A stretch of DNA of 64,000 nt, taken from positions 188,760 through 252,759 of the forward strand of contig CAWEWE010000004.1 in NCBI GenBank assembly GCA_963812745.1. The letters run 5' to 3'. Each line of letters opens with the position of its first letter. Within the stretch, counting starts at the first letter, position 1. The position numbers were made by a program, and so were the translations under genes. Source of the DNA: an uncultured Chloroflexia bacterium (lineage in GTDB: Bacteria; Chloroflexota; Limnocylindria; Limnocylindrales; CSP1-4). Of the stretch, positions 20,595 to 29,580 are shown piece by piece. The notes below the pieces were generated by a model that was given only the letters and a program-made list of their open reading frames with translations, had not been told where the DNA came from and searched no databases.

Positions 20595-21541
20595 ACGACC
20601 CGCGCGAGTCACTCGATGCGGTCCGCCGCGAGGTGGCCAAGGCCGTGGCCGGCCACGATGACGTCGTCGACGGCCTGCTGGTCGCGCTGCTGGTCCGCGG
20701 GCATGTCCTGCTCGAGGGGGTGCCCGGCGTTGCCAAGACGCTGACCGTCAAGGCGCTGGCCAGATCGCTCGACCTCGGGTTCCGCCGGATCCAGCTGGCG
20801 CCTGACCTGATGCCGTCGGACATCACCGGCAACGTCGTCTACGTGGCGGGCTCCGGCGAGTTCCGCTTCCGGCGCGGGCCGGTCTTCACGAACTTCCTGC
20901 TCGCCGACGAGATCAACCGGACCCCACCGAAGACGCAGGCAGCGCTCCTGGAGGCGATGGAGGAGCGACAGGTCACGGTCGAGGGCGAGAGCTCCGCGTT
21001 ACCCGATCCGTTCCTCGTGGTCGCCACCCAGAACCCGGTCGAGTTCGAAGGCACCTATCCCCTTCCTGAGGCGCAACTCGACCGTTTCCTGTTCAAGCTG
21101 GCGGTCGGCTACCCGAACCGGGACGACGAGCGAGCCGTGCTCCAGATGCACAACGAAGGCCGCGATCCGCACGACCTCGCGAGCCTCGGCGTCGAGCCCG
21201 TCGCCGGTGCGGACGTCTTGCGCGAGGGCGCCAAGCAGGTGCGTGATATCGAGGTCGCGACCGAGGTCATGGACTACGTCCTCGACCTCGCCGCCGAGAC
21301 ACGGCGGGCGCCATCACTCGTCCTCGGGGTGAGCCCTCGCGCGGCGGCGATGCTGCTCGTCGCAGTCAAGGGCTGGGCCTACCTGCGCGGGCGCGCGTTC
21401 GTGACGCCCGACGACGTGAAGGCCGTCGTCAAGCCCGCGTGGCGACACCGGGTCGTGCTCCGACCAGAGGTCGAGCTGGAGGGAGGCACGGCCGACTCGG
21501 TGGTCGACGCCGTCGTCGAGCGCGTGCCCGTCCCGCGCTAG
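20591..21541 (+). CDS. MoxR-family AAA+ ATPase
   Basis: Walker A LLEGVPGVAKT, Walker B FLLADEINR, ...VVATQNP..., and the characteristic MoxR length (316 aa). Confidence 0.88.
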   Translation: MNDPRESLDAVRREVAKAVAGHDDVVDGLLVALLVRGHVLLEGVPGVAKTLTVKALARSLDLGFRRIQLAPDLMPSDITGNVVYVAGSGEFRFRRGPVFTNFLLADEINRTPPKTQAALLEAMEERQVTVEGESSALPDPFLVVATQNPVEFEGTYPLPEAQLDRFLFKLAVGYPNRDDERAVLQMHNEGRDPHDLASLGVEPVAGADVLREGAKQVRDIEVATEVMDYVLDLAAETRRAPSLVLGVSPRAAAMLLVAVKGWAYLRGRAFVTPDDVKAVVKPAWRHRVVLRPEVELEGGTADSVVDAVVERVPVPR

Positions 21542-21543
21542 CG

Positions 21544-22848
21544 ATGTACCTCGGACGGCGGCTGCCGCTGGCGATCCTGCTGGTCGCGGCCGCGGCGTTG
21601 GTCGCGCCCGGAATGCCCTGGCTCGTCCTGGCCGTCGGTCTGTTGGCGGTGCTCGCCCTCGTCGTGCTGGACGTGGTGTTGGCACCGCGCGCCGCCGCCC
21701 TCCAGCCGCGCAGGGAAGCACCAAGCGTCCTACGGCTGCGCCGGCCGGCCGCGACGACGCTGTCCCTTTACAACCCGACGGGGCGCTCGCTCGACGTGGC
21801 CGTCCACGACGCCGCGCTGCCGTCGGTGGGTCGGACGCCGCGCCGTGATCGGGCATCGATCGAACCCGGAGGCTGGCTGGAGCTCGGCGCGGAGCTCGAA
21901 CCGAGCCGCCGAGGCCGGTTCCGGCTCGGACCGCTCACGCTGCGGACCGCCGGACCGCTTGGCCTCGCCGGGCGACAGGCGACGCTGCCCCAGGTCCAGG
22001 ACGTCAAGGTCTACCCGGCGTTGAAGGGCCGCGACGAGGTCGCGCTGCGCCTGCGCCGCGGCCGGCTGCTCCAGGCCGGCGTCCGCTCGTCGGCGATCCG
22101 CGGCGGCGGCAGCGAGTTCGACGCGCTGCGCGAGTACCTGCCCGACGACGAGTTCCGACGCATCAACTGGCGCGCGACCGCCCGATCGTCGTCGGCCATC
22201 ACGAACCAGTTCCGCGAGGAGAAGAACCAGCAGCTGATCCTGCTGCTCGATGCGAGCCGGGCGATGGCCGGCCAGGTCGAGGGCGTGTCACGCCTGGAGC
22301 ACGCGCTCGACGCGGCGGTCGCGGTCGCCGAGCTCGGCACGCGGATCGGCGACCACGTCGGGGTCGTCGCGTTCGGCCAGGCAGTGCGCGCCCAGCTCGA
22401 TCCGCGCGGCAGCCGGGATCAGCCGCACCGGATCATCGACGTGTTGTTCGGCATCGAGCCGCTGCTCGAGGCGCCCGACTACGGCGGCGCCTTCGCGAGC
22501 GTGCTGCGCCGCCATCGACGGCGCGCGCTGATGGTCCTGTTCACCGACCTCTCGGAGCGCTCCGTCCTCGAGCCGCTGCTCAAGGCAGTGCCGGTGCTCC
22601 TGACGCGCCACGTCCTGATGATCGCGGCGGTCCGCGACCCGGAGGTGGAGTCGATGGCGCGGGCTACACCGACGACGTCGGCCGAGGCCTACGAGAAGGC
22701 CGCGGCCTCCGAGTTCCTCGAGTGGCGCGATGGCGCGGCGGCCCTGCTGCGACGCATGGGCGTGCCGACGTTCGACCTCCACCCGGATGCGCTCGCGGGT
22801 CGGATGGCCGACGAGTACCTGCGCATCAAAGCGCTGGGGCGCCTCTGA
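21544..22848 (+). CDS. DUF58 domain protein (VWA-like partner of MoxR ATPases)
   Basis: Two N-terminal TM helices, a GGGSEFDALREYLPDDEFRRINWRATAR motif, and a MIDAS-like segment LLLDASRAM. Confidence 0.8.
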   Translation: MYLGRRLPLAILLVAAAALVAPGMPWLVLAVGLLAVLALVVLDVVLAPRAAALQPRREAPSVLRLRRPAATTLSLYNPTGRSLDVAVHDAALPSVGRTPRRDRASIEPGGWLELGAELEPSRRGRFRLGPLTLRTAGPLGLAGRQATLPQVQDVKVYPALKGRDEVALRLRRGRLLQAGVRSSAIRGGGSEFDALREYLPDDEFRRINWRATARSSSAITNQFREEKNQQLILLLDASRAMAGQVEGVSRLEHALDAAVAVAELGTRIGDHVGVVAFGQAVRAQLDPRGSRDQPHRIIDVLFGIEPLLEAPDYGGAFASVLRRHRRRALMVLFTDLSERSVLEPLLKAVPVLLTRHVLMIAAVRDPEVESMARATPTTSAEAYEKAAASEFLEWRDGAAALLRRMGVPTFDLHPDALAGRMADEYLRIKALGRL

Positions 22849-23794
22849 ACCGCGCTAGGCGCGGCAGGCGGGGTCCGAACAGGAACACGACATACCCTGC
22901 CGCGACGGCTGCACCGAGCGCGATCTCGAGGGCCGGCATCCCCGTCCGGCCCGTGACGAACCCCTCGATGAGCGCGGCGATCAGGAACGCCGGGATGACA
23001 CCGATGACGATCAGCACCGCATCCCGCGCCTCCTCCGCCAGGGCCGTGGTGCGCAGCCGGTCACCCGGATCCACGATCGACCAGCCGATGCGCAACCCGG
23101 CGCCACCCGCGATGCAGATCGCAAGGAGCTCGAGGAAGCCGTGGGGCAGCACGAGTGCAAAGAAGATGTCGGCCTTGCCCGCCGCAACGGCTCCACCCGC
23201 GAGGACGCCGATCAGGGCCGCGTTCTGGACGATCACGAAGATGGTCCCGATCCCGAGCGTGATGCCGAGCGCGAAGGCGAGGAACGCCACCTGCACGTTG
23301 TTCTGGAAGATGAAGGCCGACATCTCCGGGCTACCGAGATCGTCAGCGACCGACCCGTCGGCACGCTCGAGGGCTTCGCGGGTAGCGGGCGGGAGCACGC
23401 CCACCCGCGCCTCTTCCGAGGTGGCCACCCAGACGCCCGTCGCAACCATGAGGCCGAACAGCAGCGCTGCGATCACCACGATGTGCGGCACGGTGCGCCG
23501 GATGGCCTGGCGGTAGCGGGCGCCGAAGAGCTCCAGCGTCCCGCGCAGCGAACGGGCCTCGGTGCCGTAGATCGCTGCGTGCGCACGCGCGACCATGCCG
23601 TTGAGGTAATCGACCAGCGTCGGGTCGTGATACCGCGACTGGACCTCGGCCAGGTGCGAGGACACGCGCAGATACAGCCGGATCATCTCGGTCACGTCCG
23701 CGCCCGCGTTCGAACCCTGGTACGAACGGCTGACGGCGCTGTCCAGCGCGTTCCATTCAGCACGGTGCTTGGCGATGTAAGAATCGAGGTCCAT
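22826..23794 (-). CDS. Stage II sporulation protein M-like (DUF95) integral membrane protein
   Basis: A soluble N-terminal region followed by several TM helices (HIVVIAALLFGLMVATGVWV; FLAFALGITLGIGTIFVIV; IIPIV...). Convergent with DUF58, with a 23-nt overlap. Confidence 0.6.
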   Translation of the reverse strand: MDLDSYIAKHRAEWNALDSAVSRSYQGSNAGADVTEMIRLYLRVSSHLAEVQSRYHDPTLVDYLNGMVARAHAAIYGTEARSLRGTLELFGARYRQAIRRTVPHIVVIAALLFGLMVATGVWVATSEEARVGVLPPATREALERADGSVADDLGSPEMSAFIFQNNVQVAFLAFALGITLGIGTIFVIVQNAALIGVLAGGAVAAGKADIFFALVLPHGFLELLAICIAGGAGLRIGWSIVDPGDRLRTTALAEEARDAVLIVIGVIPAFLIAALIEGFVTGRTGMPALEIALGAAVAAGYVVFLFGPRLPRLARFRGAPAL

Positions 23795-23817
23795 CCTGCG
23801 CAGAGTATGAGGGGGCG

Positions 23818-24579
23818 ATGACGGCCGACTACGCGGCGAGCACGGTCACACCCGAGGCAGTCCAGCTCAACGCCGACATCGCCGGCGTCGGGTCCAGGAC
23901 GATCGCCCTCCTGGTCGACACCTTCCTCCAAGGGATGGTGCTGCTGCCCGTCCTGTTCGTGAGCCTCGAGCAGGGGCCGGGTGGGACCGGCCAGGCGATC
24001 GTCATCGGCATCATCGTGTTCTTCGTGGTGTGGTTCTACTACCCGGCATTCGAGCTGCTGTGGCACGGCCAGACGCCGGGCAAGCGGTTCCAGGGGATCC
24101 GTGTCGTGCGGACCGACGGCCAGCCGGTCGGCCTGGCACCCGTGCTCGTGCGCAACCTCATCCGGATCATCGACGTGATCCTGCTGCCGTTCCTGGCGTT
24201 GATCTCGATGGTCATCACGCGGCGCAGCCAGCGGCTCGGCGATCTGGCCGCCGGCACGATGGTGGTCCGGGAACGGGCGCTGCCGGCACCGAGCATTCTG
24301 CCGTTCGGCGTCCCAGGCGTCTCGGGCGCCCCAAGCATTCCCGCGTCGACGCTCGACACGTCCGCCATGACCGAGCGGGACTACACCGTCCTGCGGACGT
24401 TCCTGGCGCGCCGTTCCACGCTGGACTGGAAGGCCCGCCAGCAGCTCGCGACTCGGCTGGCGGCGCGGGTGCGCGAACAGCTCCGCGAGCGACCCGGTGA
24501 TACCGGCCTCACGGACGAGCAGCTCATCGAAGCCGCCGCGCAGTCGTACCGGGCAAGGTTCACGGATCGCCCCGGCTGA
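23818..24579 (+). CDS. RDD family membrane protein
   Basis: The R..D..D signature is spread over the TM region (TIALLVDTFLQ...GKRFQGIRVV...RRSQRLGDLAAGTMVV). A C-terminal soluble domain follows. Confidence 0.65.
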   Translation: MTADYAASTVTPEAVQLNADIAGVGSRTIALLVDTFLQGMVLLPVLFVSLEQGPGGTGQAIVIGIIVFFVVWFYYPAFELLWHGQTPGKRFQGIRVVRTDGQPVGLAPVLVRNLIRIIDVILLPFLALISMVITRRSQRLGDLAAGTMVVRERALPAPSILPFGVPGVSGAPSIPASTLDTSAMTERDYTVLRTFLARRSTLDWKARQQLATRLAARVREQLRERPGDTGLTDEQLIEAAAQSYRARFTDRPG

Positions 24580-24625
24580 TCCGTTGCCCGCCCCTCGAGC
24601 GGCCAGTAGACTGTGATCCTCCCGA

Positions 24626-24701
24626 GCGGGAGTAACTCAGTTGGCAGAGTGTCTGCTTCCCAAGCAGGATGTCGCGGGTTCGAGCCCCGTCTCCCGCTCC
24701 A
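24626..24701 (+). tRNA. tRNA-Gly: tRNA-Gly (anticodon CCC)
   Basis: Cloverleaf folded by eye. Acceptor GCGGGAG/CUCCCGC. D-arm ACUC-AGUUGGCA-GAGU. Anticodon stem UCUGC/GCAGG with loop UUCCCAA. T-arm GCGGG-UUCGAGC-CCCGU. A 3' UCCA is encoded. Confidence 0.85.
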
Positions 24702-24756
24702 GATCCCCCTGATCGACGAACGCCGCATCCCGGCTTGCCACCTGGGCGGGGAGTCC

Positions 24757-24957
24757 CTAGACGCCCTCGAGGAACGTGCCCAGGAGCAGCAGCACGAAGG
24801 CGACGATGGCGGCGAAGAGCGCCAGGGTGCCGGTGGCGAATCCGGCGATCGTGCCCGGCAGCAGGCTCGTGAAGAACACGAGCGCCGCGAAGACGGTCAG
24901 CAGGGCAGCGAGCGCGATGGTGCCTGCTCGCGGCGCGTGGTTGCTGCGACGCCGCAT
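24757..24957 (-). CDS. Hypothetical small membrane protein (66 aa, two predicted TM helices)
   Basis: Hydrophobic ORF with GC-rich third positions. It shares ATGA start/stop overlap with the upstream small ORF. Confidence 0.4.
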   Translation of the reverse strand: MRRRSNHAPRAGTIALAALLTVFAALVFFTSLLPGTIAGFATGTLALFAAIVAFVLLLLGTFLEGV

Positions 24958-25181
24958 CAGAGCCCTCGCACCAGCGAGCCGACGATCAAGAGCGCCGGTG
25001 AGGCGACGATCAAGATGCGAGCGAATTCCCGGCCGGCCGTGACACCGACCATCGCGAGCGCATCACCGACCACCTGGTTGAGCGGCGCGATCGAGAAGAT
25101 GCTGCCTTCCAGTGAAAGCCCGATCACCATCAGCACGACCGCGATCACGATCGTGACCATGTAGGGCGGGTTCGGTTTCAC
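24957..25181 (-). CDS. Hypothetical small membrane protein (74 aa, two predicted TM helices)
   Basis: Hydrophobic ORF with GC-rich third positions, paired with the 66-aa ORF directly after tRNA-Gly. Confidence 0.4.
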   Translation of the reverse strand: MKPNPPYMVTIVIAVVLMVIGLSLEGSIFSIAPLNQVVGDALAMVGVTAGREFARILIVASPALLIVGSLVRGL

Positions 25182-25240
25182 GTGGCGAGTATAGGTCCGC
25201 CGGTTGACCTCGCCGTGCTCGCGCCCCTACCGTCGCAGGC

Positions 25241-26335
25241 GTGAGCGGCCGTCCTGACGCCTCGATCCGCAAGCTCTTCGAGCCGGCCGATGGCATGACC
25301 TACCTCGACGCGGCCACGTACGGGCTGCCGCCACGGTCGACCGTCGCGGCGATGTCGGAGGCACTGGCGGCCTGGCAACACGGCACCGCCCGCTGGATCG
25401 ACGACTGGGATCGACCCGCCCAGGCGGCCCGCGGCCTGTTCGCCGAGCTGATCGGTGCCAGCGCCGAGGAGATCGCCCTCATCCCGTCGGTCTCGATCGG
25501 CACCGGCCTCGTCGCGAACAGCCTCTCCCCGGGCGACGTCGTCCTCGTCCCCGACGACGAGCACGTGTCCGACCTCTATCCGCTGCTCGTCGCGGAGCGC
25601 CGGGGTGTGGTCGTCCGGCAGGTCCCCTTCGCCTCACTGCCGGACGCCATCAACGCGTCCGTGACCCTCGTCGTCACGAGCCTCGTCCAGATGCAGACCG
25701 GCCGCGTCGCCGACCTCGCCGGGATCACGGAGCGAGCCGCGTCCGCCGGCGCGCGGGTCTTCGTCGATTCGACGCACGGGACGCCGTTCGTCGACGTCGC
25801 CGAGCACATCGGGGCCGTCGACTATCTCGTCTGTCACGCCTACAAACACCTCCTCGGCGCCCGCGGCTGCGCGTTCCTGTATGTCCGCCGCGACCGCGTC
25901 GACGATCTCGAGCCGGTCCACGCGAACTGGCGTGGGGCGGCGGCGCCATGGACGACCTTCTTCGGTGGCCCGCTCGACCTCGCTGCCGACGCCGGCCGGT
26001 TCAATGTCTCACTGGCGTGGCTACCGTGGGTCGCCACCGTCGAATCGCTCCGGCTCATGCTGACCTGGCGCCGCGACGGGGTCCTCGCCGAGGTCGTCGC
26101 GCTCGCCGGCCGCTTCGCACGGGCGCTCGATCTCGAGCCGACGGGGTCGTCGCTCGTGTGCGTCCCGGTCGCCGATCCGGAAGCGGTCCGCGAGAGCCTC
26201 GACGCGCGGCGTATACGAGCTGCCGTCCGCGGCGAGTCGATCCGCTTCTCGGTCCATATCTGGAACGACGACGTCGATGTCGAGCGTGCCGTCGAGGCCA
26301 TCAGACCGCTGAGGGTCGAGGCGACGCAGGCCTAG
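25241..26335 (+). CDS. Class V aminotransferase (cysteine desulfurase / epimerase-like, PLP-dependent)
   Basis: PLP-lysine motif HAYKHLLGARG. N-terminal LDAATYGLPP resembles the class V signature. GTG start. Confidence 0.75.
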   Translation: MSGRPDASIRKLFEPADGMTYLDAATYGLPPRSTVAAMSEALAAWQHGTARWIDDWDRPAQAARGLFAELIGASAEEIALIPSVSIGTGLVANSLSPGDVVLVPDDEHVSDLYPLLVAERRGVVVRQVPFASLPDAINASVTLVVTSLVQMQTGRVADLAGITERAASAGARVFVDSTHGTPFVDVAEHIGAVDYLVCHAYKHLLGARGCAFLYVRRDRVDDLEPVHANWRGAAAPWTTFFGGPLDLAADAGRFNVSLAWLPWVATVESLRLMLTWRRDGVLAEVVALAGRFARALDLEPTGSSLVCVPVADPEAVRESLDARRIRAAVRGESIRFSVHIWNDDVDVERAVEAIRPLRVEATQA

Positions 26336-26345
26336 CCGCCACGGA

Positions 26346-26377
26346 AACGGGCCCGACTCTTCCGAGTCGGGCCCGTT
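26346..26377. terminator. Bidirectional intrinsic-terminator-like hairpin between convergent genes
   Basis: AACGGGCCCGACTC-TTCC-GAGTCGGGCCCGTT, a perfect 14-bp stem with a 4-nt loop. Confidence 0.6.
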
Positions 26378-26420
26378 CTGGTCGCGTCGCCAGCCATCGT
26401 TCCGGCGGCGCTCCTTCTCC

Positions 26421-27110
26421 CTAGGCGGGCATCGGCTGCGGGGCAGCCACCCTCTTCGGTGCCTTCTCCTCGGCTGCTCGCGTCGCCCACACCAGCCCGA
26501 GTCCGGCGATGAGGACCGTGAACCCGATCCCTGCGAAGAGCCCGGCGAGGCCGAGGCCCATCTGCAGGGTCGACGCCGTCACGGTGCCGACACCAAGGTT
26601 GGCGATCAGGGCGTGTGCCGTGCCCGTCCAGGCCTTGTCGCGCGCCGGCCCCTCGATGGGATGCTGGCGGTCGAAGTCGGTCCAGTAGCGGCCGTCGACG
26701 GCGAACTCGTACTCACCGGCGGGGAAGATCTCGCCGTTGTACTCCGTCTGCTCGTCAAGGACGATCGTCTGGGTTCCGTGCAAGGTGTGATAGGCGACCG
26801 TCGCCATCTGGTACATGTACTCGGTCGGGGTGTTGACCAGCGGATCGTTCGGGTTCAAGTCACCCTCCACGACCGGATACCCCCACTCCTCGCGCAGCAG
26901 CGCCAGGATCGACTGCGCGCCCTCGGGCTCGCCGCGATCGACGAGCACGCCCTGCTCGTTGTAGCTGAGCTGGATGTCCTGCGCGGCGCTGAACGCCTGC
27001 AGCGACCGGACACCCTCCTGGGTCCGGATGAACGCGTAGGCGCCGCCGGCCATGAAGACCAGGCCGAGGACCGCCAGGATGAGGCCGAGGCCTCGCAATC
27101 GTCCGATCAT
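26421..27110 (-). CDS. Hypothetical bitopic membrane protein with N- and C-terminal TM helices flanking an extracytoplasmic domain of roughly 170 aa
   Basis: Likely start MIGRLRGLGLILAVLGLVFMAGGAYAF at 27110, with GGAAAGGGA SD. C-terminal TM GLGLAGLFAGIGFTVLIAGLGLVWA. The upstream part of the track ORF lies in low-GC non-coding sequence. Confidence 0.5.
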   Translation of the reverse strand: MIGRLRGLGLILAVLGLVFMAGGAYAFIRTQEGVRSLQAFSAAQDIQLSYNEQGVLVDRGEPEGAQSILALLREEWGYPVVEGDLNPNDPLVNTPTEYMYQMATVAYHTLHGTQTIVLDEQTEYNGEIFPAGEYEFAVDGRYWTDFDRQHPIEGPARDKAWTGTAHALIANLGVGTVTASTLQMGLGLAGLFAGIGFTVLIAGLGLVWATRAAEEKAPKRVAAPQPMPA

Positions 27111-27273
27111 CGAAGTATCCCTTTCCACTTTGTTCCTTGTCGTTGACCTGACATGACTTTGGCGGTCCTGATGGCCTCCGCCTGTTGCCGAACGGACCCA
27201 TTCGCAAGCCCGATGGCCCGGGTCCCTGGGGTCCATTCGTCACATGACCCACGGGACCTAGCCCGACTCCGCA

Positions 27274-27735
27274 TCAGTCGACCGGGACGATCTCAACGCG
27301 GCAGGGGGCCCCGCCCGCCACCTTCGAGGAGACGCTCCCGAGGAGGCGAGCCATCCAGCGGTGCTGGCGAGCGCCGACGACCACGACGTCAGGCCGCTCC
27401 GTCCACGCCGCCTCGAGGATCGCGTCCGCTGGCTTCCCGTGCCACACGAAGGAGGTCGCCAGGACGCCCGCCGCGCGGGCACGGCGACGAATAAGGTCGA
27501 CCCCAGGCTCCAGGCGCTTGCGGTCGCCGTGATTGCGTGCCACGGCCAGGATCTGCAAGACCGCGTTCTCGCGGGCGGCGAGTGTGATCGCCTGCTCCGT
27601 CGCACGGCCTGAGGATTCGCTCAGGTCGGTCGCCAGCAGCACGTGGTAGACGGGCCGCGTCCCGCGTCCGGTTTCGGCGCCTTGACCCTGCGATGTGTCG
27701 CGCATATCGATCGCTGTCATCGTCGTATCCCTCAA
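27274..27735 (-). CDS. Universal stress protein (UspA family)
   Basis: VLLATDLSESSGRATEQAITLAA...DVVVVGARQHRWMARLLGSVSSKVAGGAPCRVEIV. Confidence 0.75.
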   Translation of the reverse strand: MRDTTMTAIDMRDTSQGQGAETGRGTRPVYHVLLATDLSESSGRATEQAITLAARENAVLQILAVARNHGDRKRLEPGVDLIRRRARAAGVLATSFVWHGKPADAILEAAWTERPDVVVVGARQHRWMARLLGSVSSKVAGGAPCRVEIVPVD

Positions 27736-27824
27736 TGCGGATTGGCGTGAGCCTGCGCACGACGAGGCCGCTCGGAAAGTGCCGGTCGGCTCTTTCGGAT
27801 GGGCTCTGACGGCCTGCGCCAGCT

Positions 27825-27841
27825 GGGACCAAGGCGTCCCC
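27825..27841. promoter_or_regulatory. GGGACC-AAGGC-GTCCCC inverted repeat in the divergent usp/flavodoxin promoter region
   Basis: Seen in sequence. GGGAC/GTCCC half-sites resemble NarL/DosR-family boxes, but the spacing differs from the mycobacterial DosR consensus. Confidence 0.25.
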
Positions 27842-27980
27842 CTCGACCGCTGCCCGGAAGGCCCATGTCTGGGGGCCGAATGGCCGTGGCGCCATGGCGT
27901 GAACCTCCCTACAACGGCAGAGACCCATGCTGGGCAACGGGATATACGCCCTGCTTCGGGCTGAGGGCTGAGGAGGCGTC

Positions 27981-28436
27981 ATGAGGATCCTGATCGTCTA
28001 CGCATCGCAATACGGGAACACCCAGAAGATCGCCCAGGCCATGAGCAAGGCGTTGGCAGCGGAGCACGACGTGCGCGTCTTGCATGCACCGGCCGCGCGC
28101 ACCATCACGGCCAAGGGCGTCGATCTGCTCTTCGTGGGCGCACCGACCCAGATGCGCGGCCTACGGCTCCTTGCGAAGCCCTTTCTCGCCGGCCTCGAGG
28201 GCCGCGGGTTCGGGGGCGTTCCCGCCGTGGCATTCGATACGCGGATGGCCGACTTCGTCCAGACCATCGCGTCGGATGTCATCGCGCGCCACCTCGTCGG
28301 GGCCGGCTGCCGTCTGGTCGCGCCGCCGGCGAGTTTCCTCGTCCTGGGCCTGGACGGCCCGCTTGCCGCCGGCGAGGAGGCGCGCGCTGCGAGTTGGGCT
28401 CGCTCCGTGGTGGGGGGTCTGTCGGTCCGCGCCTGA
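27981..28436 (+). CDS. Flavodoxin-domain protein
   Basis: MRILIVYASQYGNTQKIAQAM (FMN-binding T/S-x-T-G-x-T-like loop) ... LLFVGAPTQ. AGGAGG SD upstream. Confidence 0.65.
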   Translation: MRILIVYASQYGNTQKIAQAMSKALAAEHDVRVLHAPAARTITAKGVDLLFVGAPTQMRGLRLLAKPFLAGLEGRGFGGVPAVAFDTRMADFVQTIASDVIARHLVGAGCRLVAPPASFLVLGLDGPLAAGEEARAASWARSVVGGLSVRA

Positions 28437-28439
28437 ATG

Positions 28440-29570
28440 TCAGCCGCCAGCGAGACCGATCGTGGCGGTCGCGATCACGAGGTCCTCCCTGGCCCGCACC
28501 TTGAGGACGGAGACGCCGGTCGAAGCTCGCGTCAGTACGACGTCTCCATCCGGATCCAGATCCGGGATCTGCGGCACGCCCAGCAGCCCGAGACGAGCGC
28601 AGATGCGAGATCGGATGCTCCCGGCGTGCTCCCCGATCCCGCCTGTGAACACAAGGGCGTCGAGCCGCGGCAAGGAAGTCGCCATCGCGGCGATGCCCGC
28701 CGCTGCCCGACGAACGAACAGGTCGAGCGCGAGGATCGCACGCTGATCGCCGCTGGTCTCCATCTCGCGGAGTCGGCGCATGTCGGATGAACCGGCAACG
28801 CCCAGCAGACCGGACTCGCGGTCCAACTGGCGCTCGAGATCGTCGGCCGACATCCCATCGCGGATGAGTCGCGTCACGATGCCCGGATCGATCGAGCCGG
28901 CTCGTGTCGTCATCATCAGGCCCTCGAGCGGTGTGAGCCCCATCGACGTGTCGATGGAACGTCCACCGTCGACCGCGGTGACCGATGAGCCGCCACCGAG
29001 GTGGACGACCAGCATCGGCAGATCTTCCCGCTTACGGCCGAGCAGGCTCGCCGATCTGCCGACCGACCACTCGACTGAGAGTCCGTGAAACCCGTAGCGC
29101 CTGATGCCGTGATCCCGGACCCAGGCTTCAGGGACGGGATAGCGTCGTGCCACTTCCGGGAGGGTGGCGTGGAATGCGGTGTCGAAGACCGCGACGTGGG
29201 GCGTCTCCGGCAGTCGCTGTCGAGCCGCCCGGATCGTCGCGATCGCGATCGGGTTGTGAAGCGGGGCAAGATCCGCGAGGTCGTCGAGGGCTGCGACGAC
29301 GTCGTCGTCCAGCGTCGTCGGCGCTACGAACAGTGCCCCTCCGTGGACGACTCGATGGCCGACTGCCACGATCGACGATCGGTCGATGCCGGAGCGCGCT
29401 GCTGCGTCAAGGGCGCCCTCGACCAGGTCGGACACGACCGAGTTCGATCCCGGTTCCCAACCGACCGAGTGATCGAACCGTGGCTCTGTGTCGGGCAGGT
29501 CCAGAACGGTCATCTTGAGCGTGGCTGATCCTGCGTTCAGGACGAGCACCCGGCCCGCCGGCGACGTCAT
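28440..29570 (-). CDS. ackA: Acetate kinase
   Basis: N-terminal VLVLNAGSATLK (acetate/propionate kinase signature) and ...HLGGGSSVTAV. The start MTSPAG at 29570 was chosen over the longer track ORF. Confidence 0.85.
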   Translation of the reverse strand: MTSPAGRVLVLNAGSATLKMTVLDLPDTEPRFDHSVGWEPGSNSVVSDLVEGALDAAARSGIDRSSIVAVGHRVVHGGALFVAPTTLDDDVVAALDDLADLAPLHNPIAIATIRAARQRLPETPHVAVFDTAFHATLPEVARRYPVPEAWVRDHGIRRYGFHGLSVEWSVGRSASLLGRKREDLPMLVVHLGGGSSVTAVDGGRSIDTSMGLTPLEGLMMTTRAGSIDPGIVTRLIRDGMSADDLERQLDRESGLLGVAGSSDMRRLREMETSGDQRAILALDLFVRRAAAGIAAMATSLPRLDALVFTGGIGEHAGSIRSRICARLGLLGVPQIPDLDPDGDVVLTRASTGVSVLKVRAREDLVIATATIGLAGG

Positions 29571-29580
29571 CGAGCAACGG

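Noticed and set aside
27820-27845. An exact mycobacterial DosR box (TTSGGGACTWWAGTCCCSAA)
   Set aside because: Half-sites are present, but the spacer is 6 nt rather than 4. Other candidate sites also deviate. They are reported only as a loose recurring motif.
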